From IMG/VR virus record IMGVR_UViG_3300025133_000035: a DNA stretch of 64,000 nucleotides. The stretch is one strand, 5' to 3'. Of this stretch, positions 1-12,400 are shown piece after piece. A model generated the notes under the pieces. That model saw only the letters and a program-made list of their open reading frames with translations, had not been told where the DNA came from and did no database searches. A program made the position numbers and the translations under genes. The stretch's first letter is position 1. Every line of letters starts with the position of its first letter. Source of the stretch: an uncultured virus (IMG/VR IMGVR_UViG_3300025133_000035). Lineage: Duplodnaviria; Heunggongvirae; Uroviricota; Caudoviricetes.

Positions 1-3000
1 GGCTCCAGCGACGAAACCGCGCACTCCGGCGACGGATCGTCTGGAAACCCCTATATCTACCGATTCCGAGGAGGTTCGTCATACCCATATTCGTATACGG
101 ACGCTTATCGGCTTGCGCAAGCAATCGGTCACGCCGCGGCACCGACTGGCTCAACTAGCGGCAACTTTGAAATCACATCTAATGATCCACAAGTCATCTT
201 CAAATTCTGGACCTCGAACCAGTACAAAATCACCCTAACACAAGGCTCAACAGGTACCGCCGGTAACACAACGATCCTCGCCAGCGGTACCTCGGATGAA
301 GTCGCGATCGTCCAATTCGCGGGCGGCGCCGATGCCCTCGAAGGCGCTCTTGAAGTCTCCCATTTTTACAGCAACGCGGACATGTCAGGTTACACTTTCA
401 ACGTTGATGAGATCGTAGATCCTACTAGCCCCCGCGTAGGTGGCTCCGGAGAGCTTACCAATGAAGGGTTTGAAACTCACGGTCGAAATGCTGCCGCAGC
501 CAAGCGCCCGTTCTATGGTCCCTTCATGGCACCCGGCATCCTCTTCAACACGATTAAGTCTGGTATCGCAGTCGACTATCCGATTCTAAATAGAAAGCTG
601 GCTACCACCGCTTCGGTCGATCGCGATGGCGGAAGAAACTATCAAATTCTGAACGAATACTTTGATGGAAGGCTCCCGTTTGAGACCTTGGTTGAGCCCG
701 AAAAATATCTTACTAATGTTCCGTTGATTGACATGGAGCCCCACCCAAGCGCATCCCTAAATGTAACTGCTTCTTGGGACGGACAGGGAGATCCTCTGTA
801 CAAAATGATGATGCACAACTTCTTGGCAGAGATTCCAAACTTCTATTTGGCAAATCAGTCGATGCAATCATTCGTTTCGCTTCCAGAAGGTAACGGAGGT
901 TTCGGTCAGGTCGAGGCTGTTATTCATAACGGAGAACAGGTAATCCCAGAATACAGAATGATGGTGAAGGTCTGGAAATCACAAGAAGCCATGACGAGAC
1001 CGGTGACTCCAAGTGCCAGTAACCATTGGCAAAACCACCGCGGTCCCCTACACCCGATTAAAACAAAGGCTCACGATGGCACCGCTAGCGGTTCGCTAGT
1101 GCTTCTAGGCGAGTATGAGCCGTGCTATTATACTGATGTTATCGGAATGGAATCCAACGGTCACGGTCCAGATGGCGGCTATTCTATTGGTAATCCACGG
1201 GATGATTATCATTCACCGTACGGTGTAAAATATAGTAATGCCGAATCCCGGTACATGCGACCACAAAGCCAAGCTCCGGAGACTATCACAATGTATAGCC
1301 GCCCAAGCGCATTCGGACCACCTTGCGCCGGCGGGTATGCTTTCGATCCAGAGCTTGAATATATTTATACCGGTTCCGCTGCTGCTCCGATGTCGATGTC
1401 CATGGGCTCCGTCTCCCCGACCGAGGCTGCTGGTGCTCATGTCCCCGGCGTGGGCACCGTAGGCAAGGTCGCTGACAGGACTAGCACAACTTATGGAATG
1501 AAGGACGGCACAAACGGTTACAACGCTCCATTCACGCCTCCATATTATGACGGTCAGGCATGGGCATTTGTGACCTTTAAGCCCACTCGCACCGGCAAGC
1601 ATTACTTGGACGACATTTGGGAGAATACGACTATTAACTTCCTGCGTTATGAGTTCGACTATGTTTCGGGCGCATACGGCGATTGGGGAACAATTGGACC
1701 TCAAGGCTACGCGATGAACGTTAACGCAATGCAGATCGACGCGACAGTGAACATCAAGGGCAAGACCGAGATTAAAGAAGTTACATATGATGCTATTACC
1801 GGTTTGCCAAAAACGGTATCAGACTCGTTGGCATTAACGACCAAAAACTCAGCATGGGTCATCCAAACCAAATTCGAAACCCCGATCTTGCACTTCGGCT
1901 ATGGCGTCACAGACAACCAGCCGGCTCTGACACTTTCCGGTTCTGACTCTGATTCTGCGATGACTCCTTCCAACGGCTATCATCACGGGTACCCGGGTCT
2001 TTGTGAACCAATTGGAATGTGGCATCAGTACGGCGAAATCCCGTCAGCTTCACAGGGAATCTATTTAGAAGTTGCCGACATTCCCGCCGCCTACCTGCGC
2101 TACGGCACAGAAATGACAATTGCGAATCCAAAGTGGTTGCATATTACAGGATCCCCGGATCCGAAGGCTGGCTGTACAGCAGGAATAACCACATGGTACG
2201 AAGATGGCGACTCCGGCACCAAACTCGAAGGAACAATGGACTGGGACGGGTTTATGAATCAGGTTTCAAGCTCTGCTGCATTAGAAAACAGAATTTCACA
2301 GAGCAATCTGGTTAGAGGTGTTGATGGAGCCACGGGTCTCCCTCTCCGCGGAGAAGGATATCGCTTCAGTGGCTCATTCTCGGGCTCAGAGGAAGCATAT
2401 ATTGTCGGCGCAGATACCATTAACCACCCTAATGCTGTTCGTTCTGGTCTTCTAGAACGCGGCGGTCGCCAACAATACATGCGCTGGCGCCTCATGTCGA
2501 CTGGCTCTCTTGCCGGCATTATTGCAGACATGACACACTTGCAGATCGTTTCCGCAGATGATGGCACGATCCTAGATACAACTTGGGGCTGTCCCTTGAC
2601 CCGAACTGCTGCAGCCTCGCCGGGAATCTCTGGCAGCGGTCCTTGCTACGAGCGCGGATTTTATATTACAGTAGGCGTAACCGGCTCAAATATTATTAGC
2701 GGGTCTAGCGAGGGCTTCGAGGCTCGTATACACACCCAGAATGGCGTGGATTATGCAGTCCATACTGACTACCGTACTTATCTCAATCGTGGATATCCCG
2801 GCACGTCTTCGGCTCGTCAGAGACTAATGGGTGTCGGAAAGCTCACAAGCTCTCTTGCTGGTGACGGACCAATCCCTTTCAGAAACTATTATACTCAATG
2901 GAAGCACGATGTGCCAAACAATCCTAATGTTGATAAACAAAATCTCGCGGCTTCTTACCAGAGCCCGCTTCACAAAAACAAGAGAGGGGTCATTCCGGAA

Positions 3001-4794
3001 GAACCTCACTTTTCCAACAACATTAGCACAGGCTCGTTTGGTTCTGCTCTCGGGTGCTCTTTATATAGCCACATATACGATCCGGGCACTGACGCGACCT
3101 CTTGCACCGGAATAGGTTATAGTGTTCAAACCTTCGACTCATCCGGTTCTCAACCCCACCTGTCTGCCACCGACACCCATGCAGGACCATTGGTTGGCTT
3201 GAATATTGAGGCGAATAACTGGCAGTCCTCAGCGCCCATTTCGAATTCCATCGGCGTCGGCAGGGCAGAGATTATAGCGGGATATACGTCTTCTCTCGGG
3301 CGCTATCCGGACGGACACTCAAGCATAGCAGATGATACTCAGCCTTATCGGATCAACCTCGATGGTGCCCTCAGCGGTACCAGCCCCCACTTTCCAAATA
3401 CCAACTTTGCAGCAAGCAACTTCACTTTCGGAGAGACTTCTTACCCAACATGGGCGACGGATTATTATGCCTATGGGGAAACCGGAGCCGATTCCGGCGT
3501 TGTCGGCTGGCACTCTGATGGTTTGCTCACTGACGGTCTAGAAGATATTTATCCGCTGGGCTGGCGCGGCGCTCGTGCCACGAACGGCGTCTCGGACGTA
3601 AACCTCGGCACCATGCGGCGCATGCGCGAAATCGATATGTGGTATACAAACCCTGTTCACATCGCGAATGTCCGCTGGGCAGATTATATCCACCGCGGTC
3701 AGCTTATTGATAATCCCAATGGGTCCAATACCTCGACACACGAACGATACAGGAATATGCCCGATCTGGAAGCAGCAGTCTGTTCTCCAAGAACGGTACC
3801 ATCCGGTAAGTTCCTTCCTGTCGGCGGAGTTCAGGCGCTAACGAAATCCCTCGGCTCTTTGGTCGGCTTCGATACCGGCGCCAAGAAACTCGGTCAGTTG
3901 GCGGAGACAAGAACAGTTAAAGAAGCAGTTGTTGTAATGCCTTATGTAATGAAGAAAGGTCGCAGACTCTTCATGGGACTTGATAAAGATCAGATTGATC
4001 GATATTTCGCCCGCGGCAACTACACGAATACTGGATATTGGGCAGGGCTTGAGAGCACAATGGACCTTAAGGGCACAGCCACCTCTCCGGAGTCCGGTCT
4101 CCAAGTTAATCTTGGAACATCAATACTAAACCAGATTAACCTTATGGGAGACTATGTGTTCCCGCCACACTTGGATTTCACGCGGACAGCTACCGCGTCT
4201 CCGTACGCAATGTACATTTTTGAATACGAGCATCAGTTTTCGGCACAAGACTTATCAGATATGTGGCAAGGACTGTTCCCCGATTCCGGCAAGATCATGA
4301 AGCAGGTAACCAAGCAGGTGACTCACAAGCTGAACATTCTGGAGCTTCTCGGCGCCTCAGCCGAAGACGGAGAAAACGTGCCGGATCAGATTAGGTTTGT
4401 GGTGTTCAAGGTCAAGCAGCGCGCCGAGATTAACTACTTCGCGAAGACGAAAGACTCAACAGACGATGACCGATTCAAGTTTAAGTTCAAGGCTGGTGAG
4501 AGCAGAAAGCGTACGGATTACAGTTATAACTGGCCATATGACTTCTTCTCTCTCGTCGAGACCGCAAAGATCGATTTATCGATCAGCTTACGCAACAAGA
4601 AACTAATTGATAGTGTGGAGCTTCAAGAACTGAATCCGGATCTTCCTTCGGCTGCAGTAAGCCATATGTCGATTTCGGGTCTCGGCTCTTTTGGAACATC
4701 AACGCTAAGTATCTCAGAAGAGATCGTCCGCTCTGCCCGCAGACAAACAACGGCAACAGGAATTGTGGCATCAGTTGGGGCAACATTTAGGTAA
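1..4794 (+). CDS. Very large putative virion structural protein (5'-truncated, >1597 aa)
   Basis: The frame of ORF 382..4794 is open without stops from position 1 (GGC TCC AGC GAC...), so the gene starts upstream of the window. G/S/T-rich; ends ...YSYNWPYDFFSLVE...; heads a run of large structural-type genes. Confidence 0.65.
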   Translation, partial: GSSDETAHSGDGSSGNPYIYRFRGGSSYPYSYTDAYRLAQAIGHAAAPTGSTSGNFEITSNDPQVIFKFWTSNQYKITLTQGSTGTAGNTTILASGTSDEVAIVQFAGGADALEGALEVSHFYSNADMSGYTFNVDEIVDPTSPRVGGSGELTNEGFETHGRNAAAAKRPFYGPFMAPGILFNTIKSGIAVDYPILNRKLATTASVDRDGGRNYQILNEYFDGRLPFETLVEPEKYLTNVPLIDMEPHPSASLNVTASWDGQGDPLYKMMMHNFLAEIPNFYLANQSMQSFVSLPEGNGGFGQVEAVIHNGEQVIPEYRMMVKVWKSQEAMTRPVTPSASNHWQNHRGPLHPIKTKAHDGTASGSLVLLGEYEPCYYTDVIGMESNGHGPDGGYSIGNPRDDYHSPYGVKYSNAESRYMRPQSQAPETITMYSRPSAFGPPCAGGYAFDPELEYIYTGSAAAPMSMSMGSVSPTEAAGAHVPGVGTVGKVADRTSTTYGMKDGTNGYNAPFTPPYYDGQAWAFVTFKPTRTGKHYLDDIWENTTINFLRYEFDYVSGAYGDWGTIGPQGYAMNVNAMQIDATVNIKGKTEIKEVTYDAITGLPKTVSDSLALTTKNSAWVIQTKFETPILHFGYGVTDNQPALTLSGSDSDSAMTPSNGYHHGYPGLCEPIGMWHQYGEIPSASQGIYLEVADIPAAYLRYGTEMTIANPKWLHITGSPDPKAGCTAGITTWYEDGDSGTKLEGTMDWDGFMNQVSSSAALENRISQSNLVRGVDGATGLPLRGEGYRFSGSFSGSEEAYIVGADTINHPNAVRSGLLERGGRQQYMRWRLMSTGSLAGIIADMTHLQIVSADDGTILDTTWGCPLTRTAAASPGISGSGPCYERGFYITVGVTGSNIISGSSEGFEARIHTQNGVDYAVHTDYRTYLNRGYPGTSSARQRLMGVGKLTSSLAGDGPIPFRNYYTQWKHDVPNNPNVDKQNLAASYQSPLHKNKRGVIPEEPHFSNNISTGSFGSALGCSLYSHIYDPGTDATSCTGIGYSVQTFDSSGSQPHLSATDTHAGPLVGLNIEANNWQSSAPISNSIGVGRAEIIAGYTSSLGRYPDGHSSIADDTQPYRINLDGALSGTSPHFPNTNFAASNFTFGETSYPTWATDYYAYGETGADSGVVGWHSDGLLTDGLEDIYPLGWRGARATNGVSDVNLGTMRRMREIDMWYTNPVHIANVRWADYIHRGQLIDNPNGSNTSTHERYRNMPDLEAAVCSPRTVPSGKFLPVGGVQALTKSLGSLVGFDTGAKKLGQLAETRTVKEAVVVMPYVMKKGRRLFMGLDKDQIDRYFARGNYTNTGYWAGLESTMDLKGTATSPESGLQVNLGTSILNQINLMGDYVFPPHLDFTRTATASPYAMYIFEYEHQFSAQDLSDMWQGLFPDSGKIMKQVTKQVTHKLNILELLGASAEDGENVPDQIRFVVFKVKQRAEINYFAKTKDSTDDDRFKFKFKAGESRKRTDYSYNWPYDFFSLVETAKIDLSISLRNKKLIDSVELQELNPDLPSAAVSHMSISGLGSFGTSTLSISEEIVRSARRQTTATGIVASVGATFR

Positions 4795-4799
4795 ATGAA

Positions 4800-5936
4800 A
4801 TGACGTACTTTAATAAAAAAGAAGAAGTAATCGAAGTTATCCTGACATCTTACGGGAAGTATAAGCTTTCTAGAGGTCAGTGGTCTCCAAAATATTACGC
4901 GTTTTTTGATGAAGAGGTCATCTATGACAGCAGATATACTGGCGCCCCAGAGATCTCCGGAACAACCGAAGCAAGAATCCAAGAGCAGACGCCTTCAATG
5001 CGCGCACAGACGTCTTATACTGACCTCCCGCGACAGATCAAGAAGATGGCACGCGCAGTGAAAGCGGCAACTCCAAAAGGCAATAATCTGGGTGTTGGCG
5101 CCCAAGCCACGTATGCGAACTCGCTAATGGCAGGAGCCACCAGAACACCGTACATTCTGCCTTTGGGCAACTCGTCGATTGACTCTGAGCGCCAACTCTA
5201 TGCCCCGGCATGGGAAATCAAAGCATTAAAGAACGAATTTACAGCTAGCATGGCATATGTCAGCAGTTCCTACGAGAACGTCACGAAGATCCCACAGTTG
5301 AAGGTCGACATTGATTATACAACGAATATTCACAAGTCAACTGACGCCAGCGCCAACGAGGGCTGGGGCGCCACCGAAACTGGGGAAACGGAATGGACAG
5401 ACTATAACGATACCCCGGGCTTGCTTCCCTATTCGTATACACCGAAGGACATGGCACTGACATCATATTTTCCCGATGGCTCAATGCTGGTTGTGGAAGA
5501 CAATTATTTAGTATTAGAGGTTAATGAATTAAACTCCGCAAAGGCTGTCGATCAGTTTTACGTGGAAGTCTGGGAGGTGGAAGAAGATGAGAAGCTCCAG
5601 CCCAGAGACAGAACCGGTCAAAGCCTAACACAAATGAGCTTCGTTAAATATCCAGAGGAAATAGTGAATGGCGTCTTGTTGGATCCATCAGAGATTCCGG
5701 AGATTGATCCGTCTTTGATCGACGATACCTATGTTGAATATTTTATGGATGTCCTTGCTGATGAAGAAATTGATGATTCGACGGTTTGCAATTATATTGC
5801 GACAGATGACAAGACTAGACTTGCTTGGTCGACCGTTTTAGCATGTTATGACGCGGCTGATACAGCCGGCTCAGTCTTATATTCTTCTGAGGATTTGGAC
5901 CTTATTTCCTCGCTGTGTGAAGAGGGGTGTGAATAG
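4800..5936 (+). CDS. Putative baseplate/tail-associated structural protein
   Basis: 378 aa ORF. N-terminus VILTSYGKYKLSRG..PKYYAFFDEEVIYD resembles the N-terminus of 12760..13713. Confidence 0.55.
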   Translation: MTYFNKKEEVIEVILTSYGKYKLSRGQWSPKYYAFFDEEVIYDSRYTGAPEISGTTEARIQEQTPSMRAQTSYTDLPRQIKKMARAVKAATPKGNNLGVGAQATYANSLMAGATRTPYILPLGNSSIDSERQLYAPAWEIKALKNEFTASMAYVSSSYENVTKIPQLKVDIDYTTNIHKSTDASANEGWGATETGETEWTDYNDTPGLLPYSYTPKDMALTSYFPDGSMLVVEDNYLVLEVNELNSAKAVDQFYVEVWEVEEDEKLQPRDRTGQSLTQMSFVKYPEEIVNGVLLDPSEIPEIDPSLIDDTYVEYFMDVLADEEIDDSTVCNYIATDDKTRLAWSTVLACYDAADTAGSVLYSSEDLDLISSLCEEGCE

Positions 5937-8900
5937 TGGCTAGCAACGATCTTAACTTCTTGGCTGATTTGCTGCCCTCGGCGGTCGTAAAGGTTATTAC
6001 GATTGAGACCCGCGGCGGCACGATCGAGCTTGAAACGAATCCCCACATTGTTGAAGAAAATGTTCCGGTTTACAAGCGCGCAAAACTGCAGAGTTCTCTG
6101 GGCACTGAAGGCGGCGCCCAGTTGGAGGCACTTTTGATGTCCCTAGGCGGAGACCTGTCGACTACTTCGTGGACCGGTTCGCAACTGGCTGCAGCCGGCG
6201 CATCCTTGGGCATGCAGACGAGTACCAAAGAAACTACCATGGTCACAATCGACTGTGCGGTCAGAGACACAATAGATCACAACGACACCGCAGGTCAGTG
6301 GTTTATGAGCGGAGATATTACAAAGTATTTGTACATCGCCGCAGCACAGTTCAGCAGCAAGAAAGCGGTCGATGTTTACAAGAAGCTTCTCGCCGGCTCC
6401 GGACCAACGTTACAAACTGCTCATTTATATCTAGCAGGCAAAATATCTACCAATGAGCTGTTGGCAGCAAAACCCGCCATCCCCGGCGCCGGAAACTTGG
6501 TAAAGGTTAAAAATGATATATCATTAAAGGTCGCGTCCGTTCAAGACATCATCAATATGGTTGATAGCAGTACCACGGGCGAAGCAGTATCAGAACAAGA
6601 TCTGGTTTTGATGGGATTCTCAGGCATCGACGATAGCGGCAACACGGTATACGATTTTCCAACCAAATTCCAGTTCGAAATCAACAGCGCCACGCCATCC
6701 CACGCTGCTTACTATGTTTGCTCGTTCTTAAATATTGAGCAGTTGCTGGAAGACAATAACCTTACGACAACTTCTGTTAACATGACCGCTAACCAGTATG
6801 CCATGAATGGCGAATGGATTACGGCAGTTTCAAACGGAGAGCTTAACTCCGGAGAAAGCAGAATTTCAGATTTCAGGGACGTTAATGATATCGCTCCCGC
6901 ATATTCGGTTGACCTGTCGCAGATCAATCTTCTAGACGAGCTTACTTCCGGCGCCGGTCAACACTTCACCACACTGCCAATGTACCGCCACAAATACTTT
7001 AGCGACATTCACCTGACAACAACGTCAGCGCGCGAGTGCGGATTTGTCTTTGGGTTTAATCAGTTAGACTTCATGAAGGACAACTCAGTTTATGGCAGAT
7101 TCTTTGATAACGTTGCCGATGACATCCGCGACAGCGTTCTGAAAAAATGTACCATCCAAGAGATTAAGGTTCTGCGGCGCAGAGTGAAGCAGCATACCCA
7201 AGGCACATATGCCCGCGGGTATCCGAACACTTATGAACCATGGGACGGTAAACAGGTCGATCACATTATTGCGGTCTCAAATGCTCGCGCCGATGGTAAG
7301 ATAATGTCCGTCCGTCGAGTGCTCGCGACTTCGACAGGTGGAGGCAAAAAAGCAGGACGAACCAGCGTCGGAGGCTTTCGCGAGATTAGCCTCAGCACAA
7401 ATGCCACCAACGGAAAGGATTTCCGCACAAGACATTTCACAGGAAAGGATTCTTCGGTCAAGAGCCAGACAGACGGCATATACCAATATGGGGTAGAGAT
7501 CGTTATGAGAGATTATGTACCTGTTTTCATCGGAGAGCAGTTGTCGGCGTTGAAGAAGCATGTCGCGAAACTGCAGGAATATGAGGTGTTTGCCAATATT
7601 CCGGTTGTCAATAGATACAAGCAGACATACGCAGATCCGCATGTGGGGAACAAGAGGATGGATCAGCAGACGCAGAAGGCGGAAGCAGTGGTTAATATTG
7701 TTGCTGGCGAGTCTACAGCGAACACCTCAACAAGCACACGCACCCAAGTAGGCTTCTATGACCCCACGACAAATAAATTTACAAAGGACTTTATAAGCTT
7801 TGCGGGACGTAAGTATGCGAATTCCCAACCATGGAGCAGGGCACCTCGGGCATTTGTTGAATTGTTGGACTTCATATCGTCGGAGAAGATGACAACCGCA
7901 CAGAAGACCAAGATGCGCAAAAACCTGAGTAGTGTTTGCAATCCAGACTCCGGCACACCCCGCGGCATTTCGGCAGTAATCAGTACGCTCGAAAAATACA
8001 TGAAGATTGTAGAAGATCTGATTTCCGCATCGCCGGTAACGAGCAACTCTTCTGCAGCGTCAAACCCTAACACGCCCAACGGAGGCTCCGGAGTCACGAA
8101 TCGTACGGTCACCTACAAAACATATTTTACAAATGACGCGTTCAACGCAGACGCACCCCCGTCCACCGGCGTCTCTTTCATAGGTATGTCCACCCCGGGC
8201 AATGCTGCTTCGATTGGAATAGTGTCAACGGGAGATTATATCCACCGCGCTAAGCGCGAAGTTACAAAATATTTTAGTTCACCTTCTGCTGCTCCAAACG
8301 CTGGTTCGGCATACAAGTGCCTTTCTGCTAGCTCTATAAACGTTTTAGCCGCCGGCAACACGATTAACCTTCAGTCTGTCAACAATCGATACGAATCTGC
8401 GGATAGGGCAGAAATGCGCGCGGCGCTTAAGAATGTCGTTCAGTATCTCGGATCTAAGAGAAAAGCAGATCAAACTCGAATTCTCACAGTTGATTCAAAG
8501 CAGCGCTTGGGGCAAGCGCTTGCACCGGAGTTTGGTGTCACTTTGCTTACAGCTACAGATGCAGATCACCTTTTGAAAGGATCTCCGGTTTCTGTTGACG
8601 GCTCGAACAACTCTAGGCTTTCGGCAGGAGCTTCAGAGGGAGCCTCCGCTTACCAGTTCGGCGCCCTATCTGCTCCCATGCTTACAGCTTTAGAACAAGA
8701 AGAGGTTGACTATGCCGAGGTGTTTCCTTCTGCCATGGCTTCGGCAGAATGGTCTACACAGCAATCAGGCGCCGAGCTTATGGACGCTTTCGCCAATCTT
8801 TCTGCGGGCTTTGAGACTCGTCAAGAAACTGATTTCTTATTGCAACTACTTATTAATACAAAGAGGGATTTTTTGCATTCCACAAAACAGCACCCAGCCA

Positions 8901-9496
8901 GCGCTCAGGTTGCCAACTTTACTCCCATGGCAGTGATCACTTTCATGGTAGAAGAGTCAGTTAAAGCCGGCGCCACTGATTGGGCATCTCTAGAGACAAT
9001 TGCGAAAGCGTTGATGGGCACCTTGCCAATAAGCATTCAAGCCGCAGGAGCGTCATCTAATGTGGGTTCGGACATCGTGCATTCCCACATCAGTTCAAAG
9101 ATGAGTCAGCAATATTGGGACAATCCAGTGTATAACATTTTGTATCAACTTCATTTTATGATGACTGCTAGAGTAGAATATTTGGTTGGTTATCAAGATT
9201 CTAATATGCAGCCAAAATATGAGAAATCTATTGGCTCAGAAATCTGGGCGCCCCTAACCAAAGCAAAGGTCGACCTTTTACACAAGTCGGAAGGCACGCA
9301 GGTGCTGTGCCGCATGCGACCATATAATCACGAAGCCTTGCGAATTGCGTTTCCTAAAGCATTGGACATGCCAATCTGGAATTCAAAGTTCTTGCTGGTG
9401 GGGAACAACGGCAAGCCGCTTTCCGGAATCAAGCGCAAAATTGGTATGACAACTCCCGCGATACAAATCTCAAGAGAAGGAGTATTTAAGTTCTAA
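5936..9496 (+). CDS. Large hypothetical protein, probably virion structural
   Basis: 1186 aa; GTG start overlaps the upstream TAG; no recognisable catalytic motif. Confidence 0.55.
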   Translation: MASNDLNFLADLLPSAVVKVITIETRGGTIELETNPHIVEENVPVYKRAKLQSSLGTEGGAQLEALLMSLGGDLSTTSWTGSQLAAAGASLGMQTSTKETTMVTIDCAVRDTIDHNDTAGQWFMSGDITKYLYIAAAQFSSKKAVDVYKKLLAGSGPTLQTAHLYLAGKISTNELLAAKPAIPGAGNLVKVKNDISLKVASVQDIINMVDSSTTGEAVSEQDLVLMGFSGIDDSGNTVYDFPTKFQFEINSATPSHAAYYVCSFLNIEQLLEDNNLTTTSVNMTANQYAMNGEWITAVSNGELNSGESRISDFRDVNDIAPAYSVDLSQINLLDELTSGAGQHFTTLPMYRHKYFSDIHLTTTSARECGFVFGFNQLDFMKDNSVYGRFFDNVADDIRDSVLKKCTIQEIKVLRRRVKQHTQGTYARGYPNTYEPWDGKQVDHIIAVSNARADGKIMSVRRVLATSTGGGKKAGRTSVGGFREISLSTNATNGKDFRTRHFTGKDSSVKSQTDGIYQYGVEIVMRDYVPVFIGEQLSALKKHVAKLQEYEVFANIPVVNRYKQTYADPHVGNKRMDQQTQKAEAVVNIVAGESTANTSTSTRTQVGFYDPTTNKFTKDFISFAGRKYANSQPWSRAPRAFVELLDFISSEKMTTAQKTKMRKNLSSVCNPDSGTPRGISAVISTLEKYMKIVEDLISASPVTSNSSAASNPNTPNGGSGVTNRTVTYKTYFTNDAFNADAPPSTGVSFIGMSTPGNAASIGIVSTGDYIHRAKREVTKYFSSPSAAPNAGSAYKCLSASSINVLAAGNTINLQSVNNRYESADRAEMRAALKNVVQYLGSKRKADQTRILTVDSKQRLGQALAPEFGVTLLTATDADHLLKGSPVSVDGSNNSRLSAGASEGASAYQFGALSAPMLTALEQEEVDYAEVFPSAMASAEWSTQQSGAELMDAFANLSAGFETRQETDFLLQLLINTKRDFLHSTKQHPASAQVANFTPMAVITFMVEESVKAGATDWASLETIAKALMGTLPISIQAAGASSNVGSDIVHSHISSKMSQQYWDNPVYNILYQLHFMMTARVEYLVGYQDSNMQPKYEKSIGSEIWAPLTKAKVDLLHKSEGTQVLCRMRPYNHEALRIAFPKALDMPIWNSKFLLVGNNGKPLSGIKRKIGMTTPAIQISREGVFKF

Positions 9497-12400
9497 TGGC
9501 ATCAGGTAAGAAACACTATGTGATCTCCTCCGCGGCATATGGGTATTCTATGATCACCCGGGCGAATCAATTCGAGTCGATAAGCAAAGCAGCTACTGGA
9601 ACTCCAGACGGCGCTTTGTTGGAGACCCGGAAAAGAGAGGTGGTTGATTTCTTTAAAAGCTTCAGCCGCGATGATAAGTTTTTGTTAGATCCAGATCTTG
9701 GACCGAACAAAAAGTCTCCTGTAGATCCCATCCGCGTACTGACCAATCGCCTTTGGTCGGTTAACGGTACCGGCAACGACGTAAAGCTGAGCTTTCTTTC
9801 GGGGTCAATGAAAATGGAGGCTGATGGTACGGCGCATGATTCGTTGCCGTTTGATGTTGTCTTTTCAGATCATGTGATCAAGACGGGAGATGGGGTCATT
9901 CCGGATCCGGTAGAAGATCGGATGCTCCGCTGGCGCGACGGCACATCGGCTGTTAACTCGGGGCTCTTCCCTGTTTATCAGGAAAACATTAAACTTCTTC
10001 CGATTGAAAGTTCGTTTAATCAATATTATTTAGCCTTCACCGGTCTCACCCCAGAGACAATTGCTAAAGCAGACACATTAGCACAAGACCCACAGTACAC
10101 TGAGCAAATTAAGAAAAAGCAAATCGGCACCGAATTCCAGCGCCGCGGCTCCACATATATTTGGAACCTGATGCGTTCGTATATCGGTAGCCGGACCAAA
10201 GTTCCCGGCGTCGACTCCGGTGGCTCATATGAAGATTACTCAACATATGTTAATGCCCCGTTTAACAGGCTGGAAGCAAAGGTAATGTCTTTTGATGGCA
10301 CCGCTGCTCACGCTTGGGCGGCATCCGAATACAACTTTTATGCACAGCTATATGAGACGTTCTCAGTCAATTGTCCGGAGTTGATATTGCCGTGTCTAAT
10401 GCTACAGTCGGCTGCCGAAACTTCTTTAGGGGATCCTTCGACTTTAGAAATGGCAAATAATAACATTTCTTTAGGTGGCGCCATAAAATCTGCAACGTGT
10501 GGCGCTGTAACTGGAAAGAAAAAGAAGACGGATGCCGATTCTTCAGAGGCAATGACGATCTCCAGTATGTACTGGAATGAGTTCGGGGCTGTCCTTTCCC
10601 GTGTTGTACAAGGATATTACGCGGACAAAATAACCGCCGGCGGATCACAGATCGCTCCTACTGATTTAGATCAGCTAGCCGGCTCCCGCCAATCCAAACA
10701 TGTGTTACGGAACATTTTACAGATGAGCCCGGCTGCATCTCGCGCAGCAGACGCCATGCGAAATTTGGTATTTAGCGGAGACTACTCATCGATTATAACA
10801 GACGCAGAGCTTCAAAGAGAGAACTATCCAATTCACGCAGAAGTGAGCTTCACAGCAGATCACTTTGCACAGTTTTCGGATCATATCAACAGTGCAGGCT
10901 TAATGCCCACTCTTATTGATTCGCTCATTGCTAGCGAAACAGGGAACGCCAAGCTGACACAAGACATCCCACAGTCGAAGAAGCCAGTGCTGGCTCCATA
11001 TAAGCCAGTGTTTGAAGCCACGCCCAAGCCCGTTGTAGTTCACCGAATCGACGCCGGCGTGACTTTGACCACTCGATATTCTGTTCAACCTTTCCGACGC
11101 ACCATGCTGGACGTAGAGAAATGGCTGGAAGCCGCTCTCAATAATCGTCAAGAGACTGGTGACATGACCGGTCGCCTCCACGCGCACGCAGCTACTGTTG
11201 CTGGCAAAGGCATGACTAACAGCCTAGAACAACAGATCAAAACAATCATTGCGCTGGGTAAGATTAAGGATATGGTGGCAGATTATGTTCGCCCTTATAG
11301 TAAGGTGCTGAGCGGAGAGCCAGCATATTCCGAGGTTGTGGTTTATCAGGTAAAGAAGAGTCTCATGCAAAAGGACGGTGGAACTGGAAAACACCGCGCC
11401 GGCAAGTTTATACAGAACTTCTGGTTTGCGAACTCTTCCGACATTACTAATATTAGCTTTTCCGATACTCAGGTCCATTACGGAAAAGAATACCTTTATG
11501 AGATTTTTGCACATACGCTGGTCATTGGCACGAAGTACGATATCGGGAACAATGCTCTAGAGATGAGCCCATTGGTTAGATCGCCCGAAGCGCTGATCAC
11601 AATGATTAATAAAAATGACCCTCGCTGTAGAACCATGGAGTGGTCAGACGCGCCATATTCACAGCAGGCATGGTATACTCCGTCACTTAAAATTATTAAA
11701 ACTCGTATTTATGTTCAGAGTATAATGATGTTTGATTCCGCCCCGGTGGTGCCAGAGTTTGAGATGGTGCCATACAAGGGCATCAGTCACAAACTTCTTT
11801 TGATTTTTAAAGGCTCCGTTGGAAGACAGTCGATGCATCCGATTCATATCAATTCCTCTGGCAAATCTTACGGACCCGGGTTTGACAAAACAGAGGTCGA
11901 GGCAGTTGCTAATCAACTGCGATATCAAGCTAACGAAATCCTCCCCGGCGATCCTCTGCTATATGAATCCGATGATCGACCTGAGTTTTTTGAAGTATAC
12001 CGCAGCGCCGTTGCTCCGTACAGTTACAAGGATTTCGATGGCAAGCTATATGCAAGAGTATCGACAAAGATTCCGAGCGAAAAAGAAACGTACCCCGCTA
12101 GCGCGATTCCGCCCAAATATTCAGATTCTGCCACAATGGTAGATATCATCATTCCCAATAAGAAGTATTACTACACAGCCCGTCAGGTTGATGTACACGG
12201 AAACTTCTCAAACCCCACAGCAGTTTATGAAGTAGAGATGGTTGACGAGAAAGGGACAGTTTATCCGATCATTAACGAGTACCGTTTCAAAGACTTGGTA
12301 CCGAGAACAAACAAGAAATATTTCAACAAGCATATTAAAATTGCCCCAACGGTTTCTCAGATACTAATTAATCGAGAAGGAATGAATTCTGCGCACGACG